Shown piece after piece: positions 14,299-38,885 of a stretch of 64,000 bases of DNA. Within the stretch, counting starts at the first letter, position 1. Each line of letters starts with the position of its first letter. The notes under the pieces are model-generated. The model searched no databases. It was not told where the DNA came from and worked only from the letters and a program-made list of their open reading frames with translations. The position numbers and the translations under genes were made by a program. This stretch comes from Tubulanus polymorphus (Eukaryota; Animalia; Nemertea): assembly GCF_964204645.1 (NCBI RefSeq), contig NC_134032.1, positions 13,318,275-13,382,274 of the forward strand, given 5' to 3'.

Positions 14299-14474
14299 CT
14301 TCATAAACAGGAACTCAAAATACCGTTAAGTTTGATTATTTATTAAACGAATTTTTTCGATTTTTCGTTCAACTGCTGTAAACTCTAGCTTGCTGCGTCG
14401 GGTACCAACGTTTTACAAACACTAACCTAGTTTCCTGATCCTCACCTTAAATGAAGACTTAAAAACTAAACTAA

Positions 14475-14693
14475 GGCCAAAAAAAATTGATACCTTGTTT
14501 CTCCGCTCTGCTGAGCTGTAAAGTTGACCCGGCGGCCGCCTATCTTCCCTATACATTACTTTTTTTTAAATCGTGATCAATTTTACCATAAAAGACCCGG
14601 CCGCTAATGAAATAAACTGTTTACAAATTTTATCATATTTTACAAAAATGACCCGGCCGCTGCGGAGAAACAAGGTATCATTCTTGTTTAGCC
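14475..14693. mobile_element. MITE with ~30-bp imperfect TIRs and TAA target duplication (PIF/Harbinger-like)
   Basis: TIRs ggccaaaaaaaattgataccttgtttctccgc / gcggagaaacaaggtatcattcttgtttagcc, flanked by taa on both sides (14472-74, 14694-96). Internal gacccgg motif occurs three times. Confidence 0.8.
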
Positions 14694-15567
14694 TAAGGTG
14701 AAATATTTATGGTTCCGACACTAGCATGGTCGAGTTTACTGTATGAATGTACTGAATGAATGTATAGCTTCTAATACTTTGAACGATGCTATCCAATGAA
14801 AAATCCATCGAAATATCATAGTATATAAGTATTATTATAATCATTAGTATTAGTATTAAACTGCTGAATCATATCGTATTTTGTCAAAACGAAAATTGTT
14901 TTTGTGATAAAAATTAACTGCTGATGAACTGTTAAGAGAATGAAAGTTCAAATCATTCTCGTTATTTCAACGGTATTCCGTCCAATGATTTTATGCATGT
15001 ATTTATTTATTGATTCGTTATATTTTAAGTAGGGACTGCAATATAGCGCGTGCAATTCACGATTCAGTATTGATATATATACTTCGATCTCATGTTTGAG
15101 AAATATTCATGCTTTAATTTGTGATACATTTTTCGACCTATCAATCACTTTATATAATAATGTATCGTACACGTGTACTAACTTTACTTTAGATGAATTG
15201 AATGAGGTATTAATAATCGCTATTTTACGAAAAAATTATTTTGAAATTATTATCATTCTCGAATACTGGTAATTCGTCATATGATTCTATGTTTATTGAT
15301 TGTTATTTGTGGTGAACTGCTGGTCAGTTTCGAAATAAATTCTTGCACGCTATAACGTGCTTAGTAGACATTAGTAAAATGCTGACGTTCACTATTTCTA
15401 TTTTGAAAATATTGTTAGTTCATGATTATTCAACCAGGGGCGGATACAGGGGTGAGTTCCGTTGGTTCGAACCCATACCTTTTATCGTCAAGTGTCCTTT
15501 TCAAAAAGCTTCCTTCTTTTGCGGTGGTGCTATTTGATTCTACACAGTATAGTAACAATGTATTTCA

Positions 15568-15710
15568 CGGGCCGGTTTCATAGTCGAGACTTAAGTCCAA
15601 AAGTGGTCTTAAATCTTAAGACTGGTCTTAAGCTGTTAGATTAGCTATATATGTAAAAGAGTCTTAGACTAGTCTTAAGTCTAAGTCATGACTATGGAAC
15701 CGGCCCCCTG
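15568..15710. mobile_element. MITE, cttaagac-rich family
   Basis: TIRs gggccggtttcatagtcgagactta / taagtcatgactatggaaccggccc. Confidence 0.8.
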
Positions 15711-16085
15711 TAGCCCGAAAATGTCTTAAATGTCACCTAAAAGTGACACCTGTAAGTGTTACATAAAGGACATATCAGAGTCTTGGGTAACTGATATCCT
15801 GTTAATTGCTTATTGTTCTCAAGTGGCTACCCGGTGAAAGTAGACATTTTAACTCGTAAGTGGGTTGAAACGGTTTTTAGATTCAGGGCTTTCGATCAGT
15901 TTATCTGCGTGTCCAGTTGCCGTGTATCGCGTTGGAAAAGGAATAGCTCTAACTAATCTGACTGCATGCATGTTGATTCAAGGTAAATTCATAGTATTGA
16001 TTAAGCTGGTTACGGTCCATCGACGCTTCCTGTGTACACTTCTCTAACGATGGACAACGGCCATCATGTCGGGGAATCCCCGCAG

Positions 16086-17782
16086 CTAGAACCACATCGT
16101 ACCGTAAGTAGGAGACGTCCATCGCTGGTATCCGCTATTCATTTTACATATACCCTCGGGTCTCCACCAGTGATCATAATTGGACACGTATCGTCTTTTA
16201 TCGGCGTCATCGGCGTGGCTCAGCATGCATAAACGACACCAGTAATATAAACGACGGCCAGTGAGCATTTTACCCGTTCCTTTCCATCGGAAATATGAAT
16301 TGTATAAATGATCGTTTTTGTCTAATCTGTGCAGATATTCGGCAAGTTGTTTCGGAGACTCGAAATCGTCAACGTGTATGAACGAATGTGGAGGAGCAAC
16401 GCGTTCATAATCATCTTTATGAGCGCCGTAAACTATTGGTACAACATCCCGACTGAAAGATAGAATTAGAACGGGTTTAGAACAAATCTCTTAAACGGTT
16501 CCTGAAAGGAAACAGAAACTATAAGCAGAATTGATGTTTCACTCCCCTCAATCTCTTATTCGAGAAAGTGTCATTAGCAGGTTTCGGTACCTCAGCCTCA
16601 AATTTATATTTGAACCCATACCGTGGCTTTTACCACTCGACTACCGAGAAAGATGACTCAAGATGATACTTACGATAAACCGTTCAAAAAGAACTTTTCC
16701 GTGATGTACTCCCTACAGTTAGAGTTCTCGAAAGCCAGGTAGAATTTGTAACTCGAGTCCAACAGATGAAAACATTTTCTGCCCAGGCGTCTAGGACATT
16801 TCCGCGTACCGCATCTGCCGTATATATCCACACTGATGTATTTGGACAGTTCTTCAGCTAGTTTCATTCGCTCATTTTTGTCGTAACAGTTCGAAACGAA
16901 CCAGGCGACTTTCTTCGTTTTACCTGCGGCGTAGTTCCTTTTGAGAACTTTAAAACGAACTGATTCGTTGTAACGTACAAAAAGCCCGTGCGGAACGGGA
17001 ATGGTCGAGTCGCGTCGGTAAGTAACCGTCCAGTTTATACTCGATTGATAACCGGTTCCGTAGTGTAAAGGAGTGTTTAGTGGGGATTCTTTGTTTAACA
17101 TCACTTGTATTTGATGTTTAGGTCTGGGGCCCGATGGTTCCACGGACCCGATCGCGGAGCGTTCAATCACTATGACGTCAGCTGTTCCGATTTTAGAGCG
17201 GTCTTCGGTAATCTCGCAAGTATTTATTGGACAGCGCAGAAACGGGTTTAGATTGCGTCTAGGGAGTAATGCTGTTTTAAATCCACCCCACAATAAAAAC
17301 AATTTGAATTTCCCCAGTTTAGATAGTTTGACGGCCTGTTCGGGAACATGTTGCAGTTGGGCGGTCAGTCTTATATCGTGATCCATCTCTGGCCATATCG
17401 CGGACGGGTCTGATAGAGGTACAAGTCTAAGGGCTTTTACGAAGTTTAAAGCGCGCCTACGAAGATGATCACTAGTATTGCTGCGTTTTTCGGACACTAA
17501 TTCACTGTCATTCCGACGGTTGCCTGAATCACCAACAGCTCCGCAGACGATATCAGTACGATTCGAAGACCTAACACGCGTTCCCTCAAAAATGATCATC
17601 ATATCGGAAAATACTGCTCTTGCTTTTTGGATTCTGATACTGTTTAACGCGCAGACGATCGCGCCGATGACGACAACGACCAGAAAGTACACACGTAATC
17701 GTTTCATCGACGAGGCCCGTGATACTTGCTTTAGATATGACGATGATTTCCATAAATCTTCGAATATCATGTTAACTAACAT
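16086..17782 (-). CDS. Alpha-1,3-fucosyltransferase (GT10, FucTA-like), copy 1; exons 17782-16674 and 16452-16086, ~491 aa
   Basis: Type II membrane anchor, KKVAWFVSNC, VDIYGxCG and the alpha-1,3-FucT motif YKFYLAFENSNCREYITEKF; exon 2 has VPIVYG...APPHSFIHVDDF...LAEYL. Phase-2 GT-AG intron. Start codon uncertain among several Met. Confidence 0.92.
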
Positions 17783-18919
17783 AGAAAGAGTTACCCGTTT
17801 TGCACAACGATAAGTTAGTCTAGTCGGATTGGGTGACGAACCCCTCCGAATGACACGAAGAAGTTTATGGAGCACTTCGTTAGCGGAAATCACAAAAACA
17901 GATCGGGTAAGGATCAGCGTTCGTCAGAGATCATCATATTTTCGTTTGCCATCAAAACAAAACGTGATCCTATAGTTGCACCTCCTTCTTTTCTATGACA
18001 TGAATTTCTGTCGTTTCCCTGGTGATCGAGCTGACGGAACATATAAACCGTAAATGAACAACGTACAGTTTTCTCTAGACAGAACCGAAGAACACTGACT
18101 CAAAACTTTATTCCTCAAGCACATATATAAACAGCCAGAAATAATCGGGCGTGAAACTCCGTGAATCCCTATCGCGGGATTATACTTCACAGTTTATCTA
18201 TTTTGAAATCTGATATTCAGTTTAACAATACATCATAGACATTATTCAGTACTTGACGATAGCAGCAATTTAACCTTCGACAAATTATATACATTGAACT
18301 TGAATATTTCAGATGCTCGTCCTTTCTCAACGCTGGATGGCCAGATGAGGTATGAATTGAGATGAGGTAGTTTTTGAGTCACCCAATTCTGTGGCAGACC
18401 CTCCCTGAGAGAGATGGAAGCGGATTTTGTATTGGAATCTACTTCGTAGTGAAGTTGATTCATTGTTCATTATTCCTCATCCAAAGACAAAATTCGCTTC
18501 CAACGCGTTAAATCTACAATCAGTTCGCGTATTAGACTTTATGGATAGAAAGTTCGGGCCTCCTCCAGCGATTGGACTCGAATAGCGTAATCTATGTGCA
18601 GATACCAGTTTAGACAAGGGTATATCGGGTATAGACATTTGAACTCAAAATTGGGATCCTGGATGTGTACTGGGATTATGCGTGTCTCCAGTTGAGTTCG
18701 ATTAAATCTAGTTGTGTTGATTCAAGAAGACCAGCTCGTGTAGATGTGGTTGCTGCCTACGTAGCATCACGAAACATTCACCCAGTCCTGGCAGTGTGGC
18801 TGTCTCCACAGTGATCAACGTTGCCCTACGATCCTAAAGCGTTACTTCAGACACAAGGTTCTTGTCGAACATAAAACGGTGAATCTGCTTGTGTCGGGTA
18901 TAAACACCCCATCGCGCTA

Positions 18920-20753
18920 CTAGGACCACAGTGTACCGTAAGTAGGAGACGTCCATCGCTGGTATCCGCTATTCATTTTACATATACCCTCGGGTCTCCA
19001 CCAGCGATCATAGTTGGACACGTATCGTCTTTTATCGGCGTCATCGGCGTGGCTCAGCATACATAAACGACACCAGAAATATAGATCACCAGTGAACACT
19101 TTACCGGTTCCTTTCCATCGGAAATATGAATTGTATAAATGATCGTTTTTGTCTAATCTGTGCAGATATTCGGCAAGTTGTTTCGGAGACTCGAAATCGT
19201 CGACGTGTATGAACGAATGTGGAGGAGCAACGCGTTCATAATCATCTTTATGAGCGCCGTAAACTATAGGTACAATATCCCGACTGAAAGATAGAAAGAA
19301 CACGTTTTTTAGTAGATCTAACAAATCTTTTAAGCGTGAAATGAAAAGGGCATTATATTTTATCTTAAAATAGGGATTGTCCCCATTATTTATTTATTTG
19401 GCTGGTAAATTTTGTTTGATTTTTCGATTGAGTGTCCCTTACAGACCCACCACACCTGCAGGGAGCGAAACAGGGGGCATTATTAGCAGGTTTGATGTTA
19501 TCTCTCTCAATCCACTGAGTTCTTCCAAGTATCATTAGAAGGCTTCGGTATATCTGCCACCAAGATTCGAACGCATAACGTGTGGCTTTTTACCACTCGG
19601 ACGCGAGAAATGTGACTCAAGATTATACTTACGATAAACCGTTCAAGAAGAACTTTTCCGTGATGTACTCCCTACAGTTAGAGTTCTCGAAAGCCAGGTA
19701 GAATTTGTAACTCGAGTCCAACAGATGAAAGCATTTTTTTCTCAGGCTTCTGGGACATTTCAGAGTACCGCATTTGCCGTATATATCTACACTGATGTAT
19801 TTGGACAGTTCTTCAGCTAGTTTCAGTCGCTCATTGTTGTCGTAACAATTCGAAATGAACCAGGCGACTTTCTTAGTTTTACCTGCGGCGTAGTTCTTTT
19901 TGAGAACTTTAAAACGAACTGATTCGTTGTAACGTACAAAAACTCCGTACGGAACGGGAATGGTCGAGTCGCGTCGGTAAGTAACTGTCCAGTTTAGACT
20001 CGATTGATAACCGGTTCCGTAGTGTAGAGGAGTGTTTAGTGGGGACTCTACGTTTAACATCACTTGTACTTGATGTTTAGGTCTGGGGCCCGATGGTTCC
20101 ACGGACCCGATGGCGGGGCGTTCAATCACTATGACGTCAGCTGTTCCGATTTTAGAGCGGTCTTCGGTAATCTCGCAAGTATTTATTGGACAGCGCAGAA
20201 ACGGGTTTAGATTGCGTTTAGGGAGTAATGCCGTTTTAAATCCACCCCACAATAAAAACAATTTTAATTTTCGCAGTTTAGATCGTTTAACGGCCTGTTT
20301 GGGAACGTGTTGCAGTTGGGCGGTCAATCTTATACCGTGGTCCATCTCGGGCCATATCGCGGACGGGTCTGATAGAGGTACAAGTCTAAGGGCTTTTACA
20401 AAGTTTAAAGCGCGTTTATGAAGATCAGTAGAGTTCTGACTAGAGGTAGTTGTTGAATTGCTGCGTTTTTCAGATATGAATCCACTCTTATTCCGACGGC
20501 CTGAATCACCAACAGCACCGCGGACGGTAGCAGTACGATTCGAAACATTACGCTTTCCTTCGACCGCGATCGTCATTTCGGAAAATATCGTATTTACGTT
20601 TTGAATTCTGATACTGTTTAACGCGCAGACGATCGCGCCGATGACGACAATGACCAGAAAGTACACACGTAATCGTTTCATCGACGAGGCCCGTGATACC
20701 TGCTTTAGATATGACGATTTCGATAAATCTTCGAATATCATGTTAAATAACAT
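18920..20753 (-). CDS. Alpha-1,3-fucosyltransferase (GT10), copy 2; exons 20753-19633 and 19283-18920, ~494 aa
   Basis: Same motifs and same intron position as copy 1. Confidence 0.92.
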
Positions 20754-21930
20754 AGAAATAGTTATTTGTGCACCACTAGAATTTGATTGTTGGTGCGACT
20801 CGAGTTTAAGTTGGGTGACGGGCCCCTCCGAAAGAGACAAATGAATTCAGTGAGCATGTTTCGTTAACTGAAATCACAAAAACAGATCTGGTAAGGTCCG
20901 TACGTAGTTCTTCATCTTTTCGGGCAAGAGAATACGTTAAAATTATGTTTTTCCTTGTGTATTTTCACACGTCTGCACGCGCCCGGCTCTGTAGATCAGG
21001 CTTTGTAAATACATGTAGATTATCCGGTTTTTTTCGAATTCTAGCTGTAACCTCTCTCCGGTGCGATATTTTTCTCCCAGCGGAAATCACACTGGCTCCT
21101 GAATACGCGGGCATCATCATTTCAGTTGACGATTCATTTTTTTCTTTTCTGCGACATGAATTACCTTGAACTTGACGGTTTTTAGATATTTGTACTTCCT
21201 TCGCATTATTAAAACATGACGCGTGGAATTGAGATGGTCGTAGTTTTTCAGTCACCCGATTCTGTTAAAAATCCACACTAGTGAAGTTGATTCCTCGGTA
21301 TGTTTTCCCATATCCAAAATCCGCTTCTATCTCTCTACATGTTAAAATCTATAATATCGCGTGTGTTTGGTATTTCTATATATATGGATCAGAGTTCAAC
21401 GACGAGTTCAAGATAATTTATTCTATAGGAAAAAACGATATAGCCAATAGGACATAATGAACATCTCATAGCTAAGAATACAAACAGGTTCGTGAAATCA
21501 TGCGAGGTAGTTTCGTGTCGATAGAATCGTAAAAAAAACTAGCTTTTCCAAGACGGACAATAGCTCAGTTCAGAACGCCGCGGCAAGACTGGGTCAAGGC
21601 CGTGGCGCGTGTGCGAGCGCGTACGCGTACGCGAGCGGGCACTGTCCCCGGTGCCCGCTCGCTAGATGAGGACTCCACACGCGGAGAATTTCAGTTTGTA
21701 CCTTGGTAAACTTACATCATAAGTCATTAAACAAAAACTCGTGTTTTGAAAAAAATACTTTTGTGAAGATCTTTGAGATTGTAAAGCGCTTTTCAAATGA
21801 CAAATAATCATCATTATTATCTATCTATTTGGCAAAAAAAATATCAATAATTTACTTTTGTGGATTTGTTTCGGTATAATGTTTCTAGGTGAGCAGGGCC
21901 GGCCCGGCGGTCGCCAGTGTGTAAGATCCT

Positions 21931-22076
21931 GACCGTCAAGTGCTGCCCCTATGTATATCATTAGCGGTGAAAACGCGAACTAACTCGATCACACAATATT
22001 CTTACTGTGGCATGCAAGTAATAGATAGTTCACACATTCTCCGCCAACGATGTATATAGGGGCAGCACTTTACGGT
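21931..22076. mobile_element. MITE with ~20-bp TIRs (accgtcaagtgctgcccctat); related ends near 26050 and 61548-61670
   Basis: accgtcaagtgctgcccctat at the left end and ataggggcagcactttacggt at the right end. Confidence 0.75.
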
Positions 22077-22079
22077 TAA

Positions 22080-22270
22080 GAATTCCTCCGGTAGTGTGTG
22101 TAAATAGTATGTTGTAAATAACGTTTGTTATGTTTCAAAGTGCTTTTATCTACTGTTTTTGTAAATAATTGTAAATACTGTTTCCTTTCCTCCATATACC
22201 ATGGAAATGGTTGGAGTGTAATAAATATTCGTATTCGTATTCGTATTCGTATTCGTATTCGAATTCGCAT
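22080..22270 (+). mobile_element. 3' end of a non-LTR retroelement with an (ATTCGT)n tail
   Basis: tttcctccatataccatggaaatggttggagtgtaataaat followed by about 6 attcgt units. The same end occurs at 35788 (+) and 31777 (-). Confidence 0.65.
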
Positions 22271-22718
22271 AATTAAACATCAATCATGAACTTTCATCAA
22301 ACAACACTATATTCTATTTCAATACATAATTCAATTGAAGGTCTTTGTTAATCAAAATTGAATTCGCTTTTGAAACGAGATTTAAAGTCACCTTGATAGA
22401 ATGAGCTACTATTGAAACAGCACATTATTTCAAAGCGACGTCGTTAATTATACTTTGTTGCGGAAATCGTTTTCGATTGGCTACTTAAAAGAATATTGAT
22501 AATAATAGTAACAAAATTTCTATATAGCGCTAAATCCCATAATGACCCAGAGCGCTTAAAAACAATGGCCTTCCTTTTATAAAACGCGCAATTTTATTAG
22601 AAAATGATGCTGCATTGTTTGGGCCGACCAAGAAATCAAGCGAACAACTTCATGTAGGTCAGACGTGATTGGCACCTATCATCACAAATCTTCCTGACAC
22701 TAGGGACCCCTCGCGCTA

Positions 22719-24607
22719 CTAGGACCACAGTGTACCGTAAGTAGGAGACGTCCATCGCTGGTATCCACTATTCATTTTACATATACCCTCGGGTCTCCAC
22801 CAGTGATCATAATTGGACACGTATCGTCTTTTATCGGCGTCATCGGCGTGGCTCAACATACATAAACGACACCAGAAATATAATCCACCATTAAAAATTT
22901 TACCGGTTCCTTTCCATCGGAAATATGAATTGTATAAATGATCGTTTTCGTCTAATCTGTGCAGATATTCGGCAAGTTGTTTCGGAGACTCGAAATCGTC
23001 AACGTGTATGAACGAATGTGGAGGAGCAACGCGTTCATAATCATCTTTATGAGCGCCGTAAACTATAGGTACAATATCCCGACTGAAAGATAGAAAGAAC
23101 ACGTTTTAGTAAATCTAACAAATCTTTTAAGCGTGAAATGAACCAGTCACTATTAGCAGGTTTGTTGTATCTTTATTCTCTCATTCCACTGAGTTAAGTA
23201 GTATTATTAGCAGGAAATAAAGGAACCTCTGTCGCCATATCTCAATAGTAGTAACAATATCAAACATTTTCTTATGTAGTGCTGTTTCCCGAGATATGAA
23301 GACGAACAGCACATGGCGATATGGAACAAACATTTATGGACGAAAAATTCTGAATAAAATGAATTTTTACTAGCTATTAATGACAGCACAACGATACGTG
23401 AATGCTTTGTGATTTAAAAATGTATTGAATCGGAATATCACCACGAACATTCTTCAAAAGGGAATTCCAAAAATTAGGGCAAAAACGGTGACTCCAATAA
23501 TGATTATACTCACGACAAACCGTTCAAGAAGAACTTTTCCGTGATGTACTCCCTACAGTTAGAGTTCTCGAAAGCCAGGTAGAATTTGTAACTCGAGTCT
23601 AATAGATTTAAACATTTTTCACGGTCGCTTCTAGGACATTTCAGAGTACCGCATTTGCCGTATATATCCACACTGATGTATTTGGACAGTTCTTCAGCTA
23701 GTTTCAGTCGCTCATTTTTGTCGTTACAGTTTGAAACGAACCAGGCGACTTTCTTAGTTTTACCCGAGGCGTAGTTCTTTTTGAGAACTTTAAAACGAAC
23801 TGATTCGTTGTAACGTACAAAAAAACCGTACGGAACGGGAATGGTCGAGTCGCGTCGGTAATTAGCTGTCCAGTTTATACTCGATTGATAACCGGTTCCG
23901 TAGTGTAGGGGAGTGTGAAAGGGCGATTCCATAGTAAACATCACTTGTACTTGATGTTTAGGTCTGGGGACCGATGGTATAACGGACCGGATCACGTGGC
24001 GTTCAATCACTATGACGTCAGCCGTTCCGACTTTAGAGCGGTCGTCGGTAATTCTACACGTATTAACAGGGCAGCCCGAAAATGGATTCGAATTACGTTT
24101 AGCTAGGAATGTTTTCTCGAATCCTCCCCACAATAAAAGCACCTTCGATTTTCGCTGTTTAGATGCTAGGACGGCCTGTTTGGGAATGTGTTGCAACTGG
24201 GCGGTCAGTCTTACACCGTGGTCCATTTCGGGCCATATCGCGGATGGGTCTGATAGAGGTATAAGTCCTACGGTTTCGATAAAATCTAAAGCGCGTCTAT
24301 AAAGACTAAAGTGCTGACTAGAGGTAGTTGTTGAATTGCTGCGTTTTTCTAATATTAATCCACTGTTATTCCGACGGTTTTCCGCATTGTCAACATCACC
24401 GTGGGTACGATTCGAAACATTACGCTTTCCTTCGACAACGATCGTCATTTCGGAAAATAACGTATTTACGTTTTGAATTGTGACACTGTTTAACGTGCAG
24501 ACGATCGCGCCGATGACGACAACGGCGAGAAAATAAAAACGATATCGCTTTAACGATGAAGCCCACGATACCAGCTTTAAATATGACGTCGAATCTTCGA
24601 CTCCCAT
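22719..24607 (-). CDS. Alpha-1,3-fucosyltransferase (GT10), copy 3; exons 24607-23514 and 23082-22719, ~485 aa
   Basis: Same motifs and intron position; the N-terminal half is more divergent. Confidence 0.92.
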
Positions 24608-26359
24608 GTTGTCCTTACGCAGAAATAGTTATCAAACAACGCGCGGCTATGATTTGATAAGCACTAGACGTACGGAGTGGGCGCGCGACGGGTTAAGTCT
24701 AGTTGTACGTTAGGTTAAGACCTTCAGAAGACACGCCAAAACGTTTTAGCTATATCAAGCACTCCGTAAACTGAAATTAAATGATAGAGAAATATTTTTC
24801 GTTTTTAGTTTTCAACGAAATGCACTCGGAGAAATGATTAATGAATTGATTGGGGTCCAGAAGAAATCGAAAGGCATTTTTCTGATGAAGCAGCCAAGTC
24901 AAAGGCCTCTATATGAGCTTACGCATGGTTCCACACTCGGCTTTAGATATTTGCGAAGACGTACATCGAATAGTTTAAATCCCTGTCCCTACGAAATAGC
25001 CACCTCAATTCAATTTGAATGCTCAGATCCGGACCCCTAAGATCACAATCTAATTACTATGCCCCTGTCATTTACTATTACATCATTAAGTTTGAATTTT
25101 GTAAATGATTTATTTGGTTATATAGAATTCGAGCCGTTTACCTTTTCTGTGATGTTTTAATGTTTTTCTCGCTATATCGTCAAAGCGTCTATACCAGCGA
25201 AAAATCACAACCTGATACGTGCAGATGCTTCGCGATATCACTGTGTGTAGAAAAGACAAGAATTAGAAAGTAAGGCAGCAACGAACAATACGTAACTTTG
25301 TTACAGCCGTCGATGTCTCCGTTGCAGCTGTTGTCCGTTTGTCACAAGTGTTTCGAATCCAATTATGATTCCTTTCATCAACCGGCTGATGGTTTTTACC
25401 AGTAAAATGCCATAAGCAACGACGAGTTGATTGTGTAGAAAATATGACATAGAGCTTCAGTTTATCCTTTTGGCTATCACATCTCGAGCCATGCGTGGAA
25501 CGAAGATGCTGCTGCAAGGGATTTTTGAGCCATCTTAGTTGAAATATATTTATCAGTCCATTTACAAATAATTCGGGGGCCATCGAGACGTCGGTTGACC
25601 ACCCGTAGAGCAGAGGCAGCGCAACGAGTATCGCACGGAAAAATTAGACCCATTACTGGTAATGTTTCAGGGGCGGGTCCAGGGTGGGGGTTCACTCTCA
25701 TGTGATATAAACGTGCGCGGATGCTCTTTGCCGCCGGGAATTCTGGAAAATTTAGGTACATTTTAATGCAATTTTAGTGCATATTACTGCTATTAGAAAT
25801 ACTGTGGACATTTGTCGGATGGAATTCTTCACATGTGATTTTCAAAAGGGCACTTGGTCAGGAAGGATTCGGCCGGATTCGAACTCAATCTTATTATCAA
25901 ATCTTCCTTTGGCATGCGCGCCAGATTGCAAACGTTACGTGCTTCCCTATTACGTTGACGGTGGAAATGTGAACTAATTTACTCGCATACCGCAGTAGGA
26001 ATAACCCGTTCGTTGATTAGTTCACAGATTCACCGTCAATGTTATACATAGGGGCAGCACTTGACGGTCAATATCTGACAGCACGGAAGGCGGGCCGGAA
26101 CCGTTGAATAAAATTCGGCAATTTTTGAGATATGACCTTAACTTCAACTGACACTTCCGCAACCCTGTTATATAAGCTTGTTTATCTATTTGTATTCAAA
26201 AACTGAAATTGTTTTTCACTGAGTATTTGAAATAAATCATCTTCTGGAATGAAAGATATGCTGAGGGGGTGATTCTATTAAAACCCGTGCACTGGTATGA
26301 ACTGTTTTATTCGTCGTGAGTCCTCGCCTGCGCTATCATCGATAATTGTTCTCCTAGTG

Positions 26360-26597
26360 CGTGCGTGTGTGTGTGTGTGTGTGTACGACAGTGCTGCGCG
26401 CAGCTGAATCATCACTAGCTTCATGTCGCGGTACTGTTTGTTGCTAGAGACGCCGCGAGCCCTCAGACTGCCGCCGCTGTCTCTGCGCGCAGTACCGGTG
26501 CTTTTTCTTCTTGCTGAACATCGTTTCTCCTCATCCGGCGCGGTGGTGCCGATACCGCGATGGCTCCGACCACGGATTACTTAATCCTCTAGATCAA
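26360..26597 (+). other. Probable non-coding first exon/promoter of the K2P channel gene
   Basis: GC-richer segment after a (GT)n run, ending in donor aa|gtaagt (26598). A matching acceptor ttttacag| ends at 28042, upstream of the ATG. Confidence 0.4.
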
Positions 26598-28152
26598 GTA
26601 AGTCGCGTTGAAGTATCCACGAAACCGTTTTGGTCCGTTGTCTAAAAATACGGCCGTTATTGTGAAAATCTATAAAAGGCGTGTACTTTTTTATTTAATC
26701 CATATCATGTACGATAGAATAATTGATTACTATCTAATATGTATAGAAAACAGTACTACTGAATCGATAGTAGATGCAATTCAAGTTAATACAAAGTGCA
26801 CCTGGACAGGATTCCTGAATATCGCGTGCACAATGAAGATTTGATTTTTCCCGATTTTCTGGGATATGGTACCGTGGCCATTCCCCACAAAATGCTCGTT
26901 TCGTCTATGCGTCTGTACTTTGATGAAATGTCATATTCTAATGTCAAAATGCCTGAGCGTAACGCCAAAACGGTCGGCTATTTAACACAAGGGGGCGGCA
27001 CTGTACGGGTAGTTAAATATGTCGTGTTCCTCCTGCTTCGGGATGTTTTCAATTCCACTCAAAGAATTCGAGCACCGTTATCCCTCAAATTCTAAGGATT
27101 CCGCCAAGGGGATCCCTCAATTTCAACGATTCAGTATTAGGGGATCGCTCACTTTTAAGGATGCAACTCGAGGGGATCCTGCGATATCAAGGATTTCAGT
27201 TTCAGTTGTGAAGCTCTATTATCTGTATCCATGAGATCGTCCCGTCGGAGATGTAGACGACATTATTTGAATTCCAGACCAAATACACGTAGAACCGAAT
27301 CAACGAAATGAATTAATTTACTGTAGTGAATTATTCTATTGCTCCGAGTGGGGGATCAGTAAATAACGCCTCTCCTGGAATTAACGGATTTATGTTTCAT
27401 GAATACAAAATTTCAATGGCTCGAACTTGCAGAATCATTAGTTATCCCACCAGATGGCGTCACTAATCTGGGGCTTACGTTAGTCAATAGTAGTTTATTT
27501 TCAATTCCCTTTTTGATTAGATTCTTAGACACCAGAATCCAAATGTTATCTTACGAGCCTCTCAAAAGATCATGAGATTTATTTTTCTTCTTTCGGTGTT
27601 CGGCATAGTTTTCATTGATAATTGATTAACTTCGAAAATAAGTTGGTTCGATTTCTAATTCGATCCAAAGTATTCGAAGCACGGAAAAGCGAACCTAGCG
27701 GATCCATACTTGCCACAGGTGAAATGTTCGATTGCCGACAGTAGTTCATGTCATATACTGCACACTAGCACTCCTAGCGGATCCTTACTTGCCACCGCCA
27801 AAATAAATGGAACCAAATTACACACACACAGTACTTGATATCCTACTGCACACTAGCGCCACCTAGTGGATCCTCAAGTGGAGTCCTCTATAGCCGCAGT
27901 AGTCGATGGGCTACTGCACACTAGTGGCACCTAGTGGATCTATCCTTGCCACGTTGTATAATCCTCTACCGTGGACACTCCCCCTCCCCCCCAAATTTAT
28001 TTCACGCCAATCACTACAAACTTCTAGGTCTCTCTTTTACAGGGATCGTCATAGACCACGCGCTGATAATGAAGTGACCAGTCCAGAAGCTGCTTCTATA
28101 GGTATAGATGCTGGAGACGTACTCGGGCGCCATCTGTCGGTGGTGGTTTTGA

Positions 28153-38741
<10,589 letters not shown>

Positions 38742-38885
38742 TACCAAAAAAGTTTGCTATTCTTAAAATGAAACTTCGTATTTTATTGTTTTATGAAAAT
38801 ATCGGTTTATGAGCTCTACCTCAAAGTTAATATATACATGTATGGATTACCGGGGACTCCCAGGACTCTTGGGAGTCGTCACCAG

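Noticed and set aside
15463-15475. Isolated GGTTCGAACC motifs (also near 61732 and 61790) as tRNA genes
   Set aside because: No A box at the right spacing and no cloverleaf.
17172-24302. Plus-strand ORFs overlapping the fucosyltransferases
   Set aside because: They are antisense shadows repeated only because the genes are duplicated.
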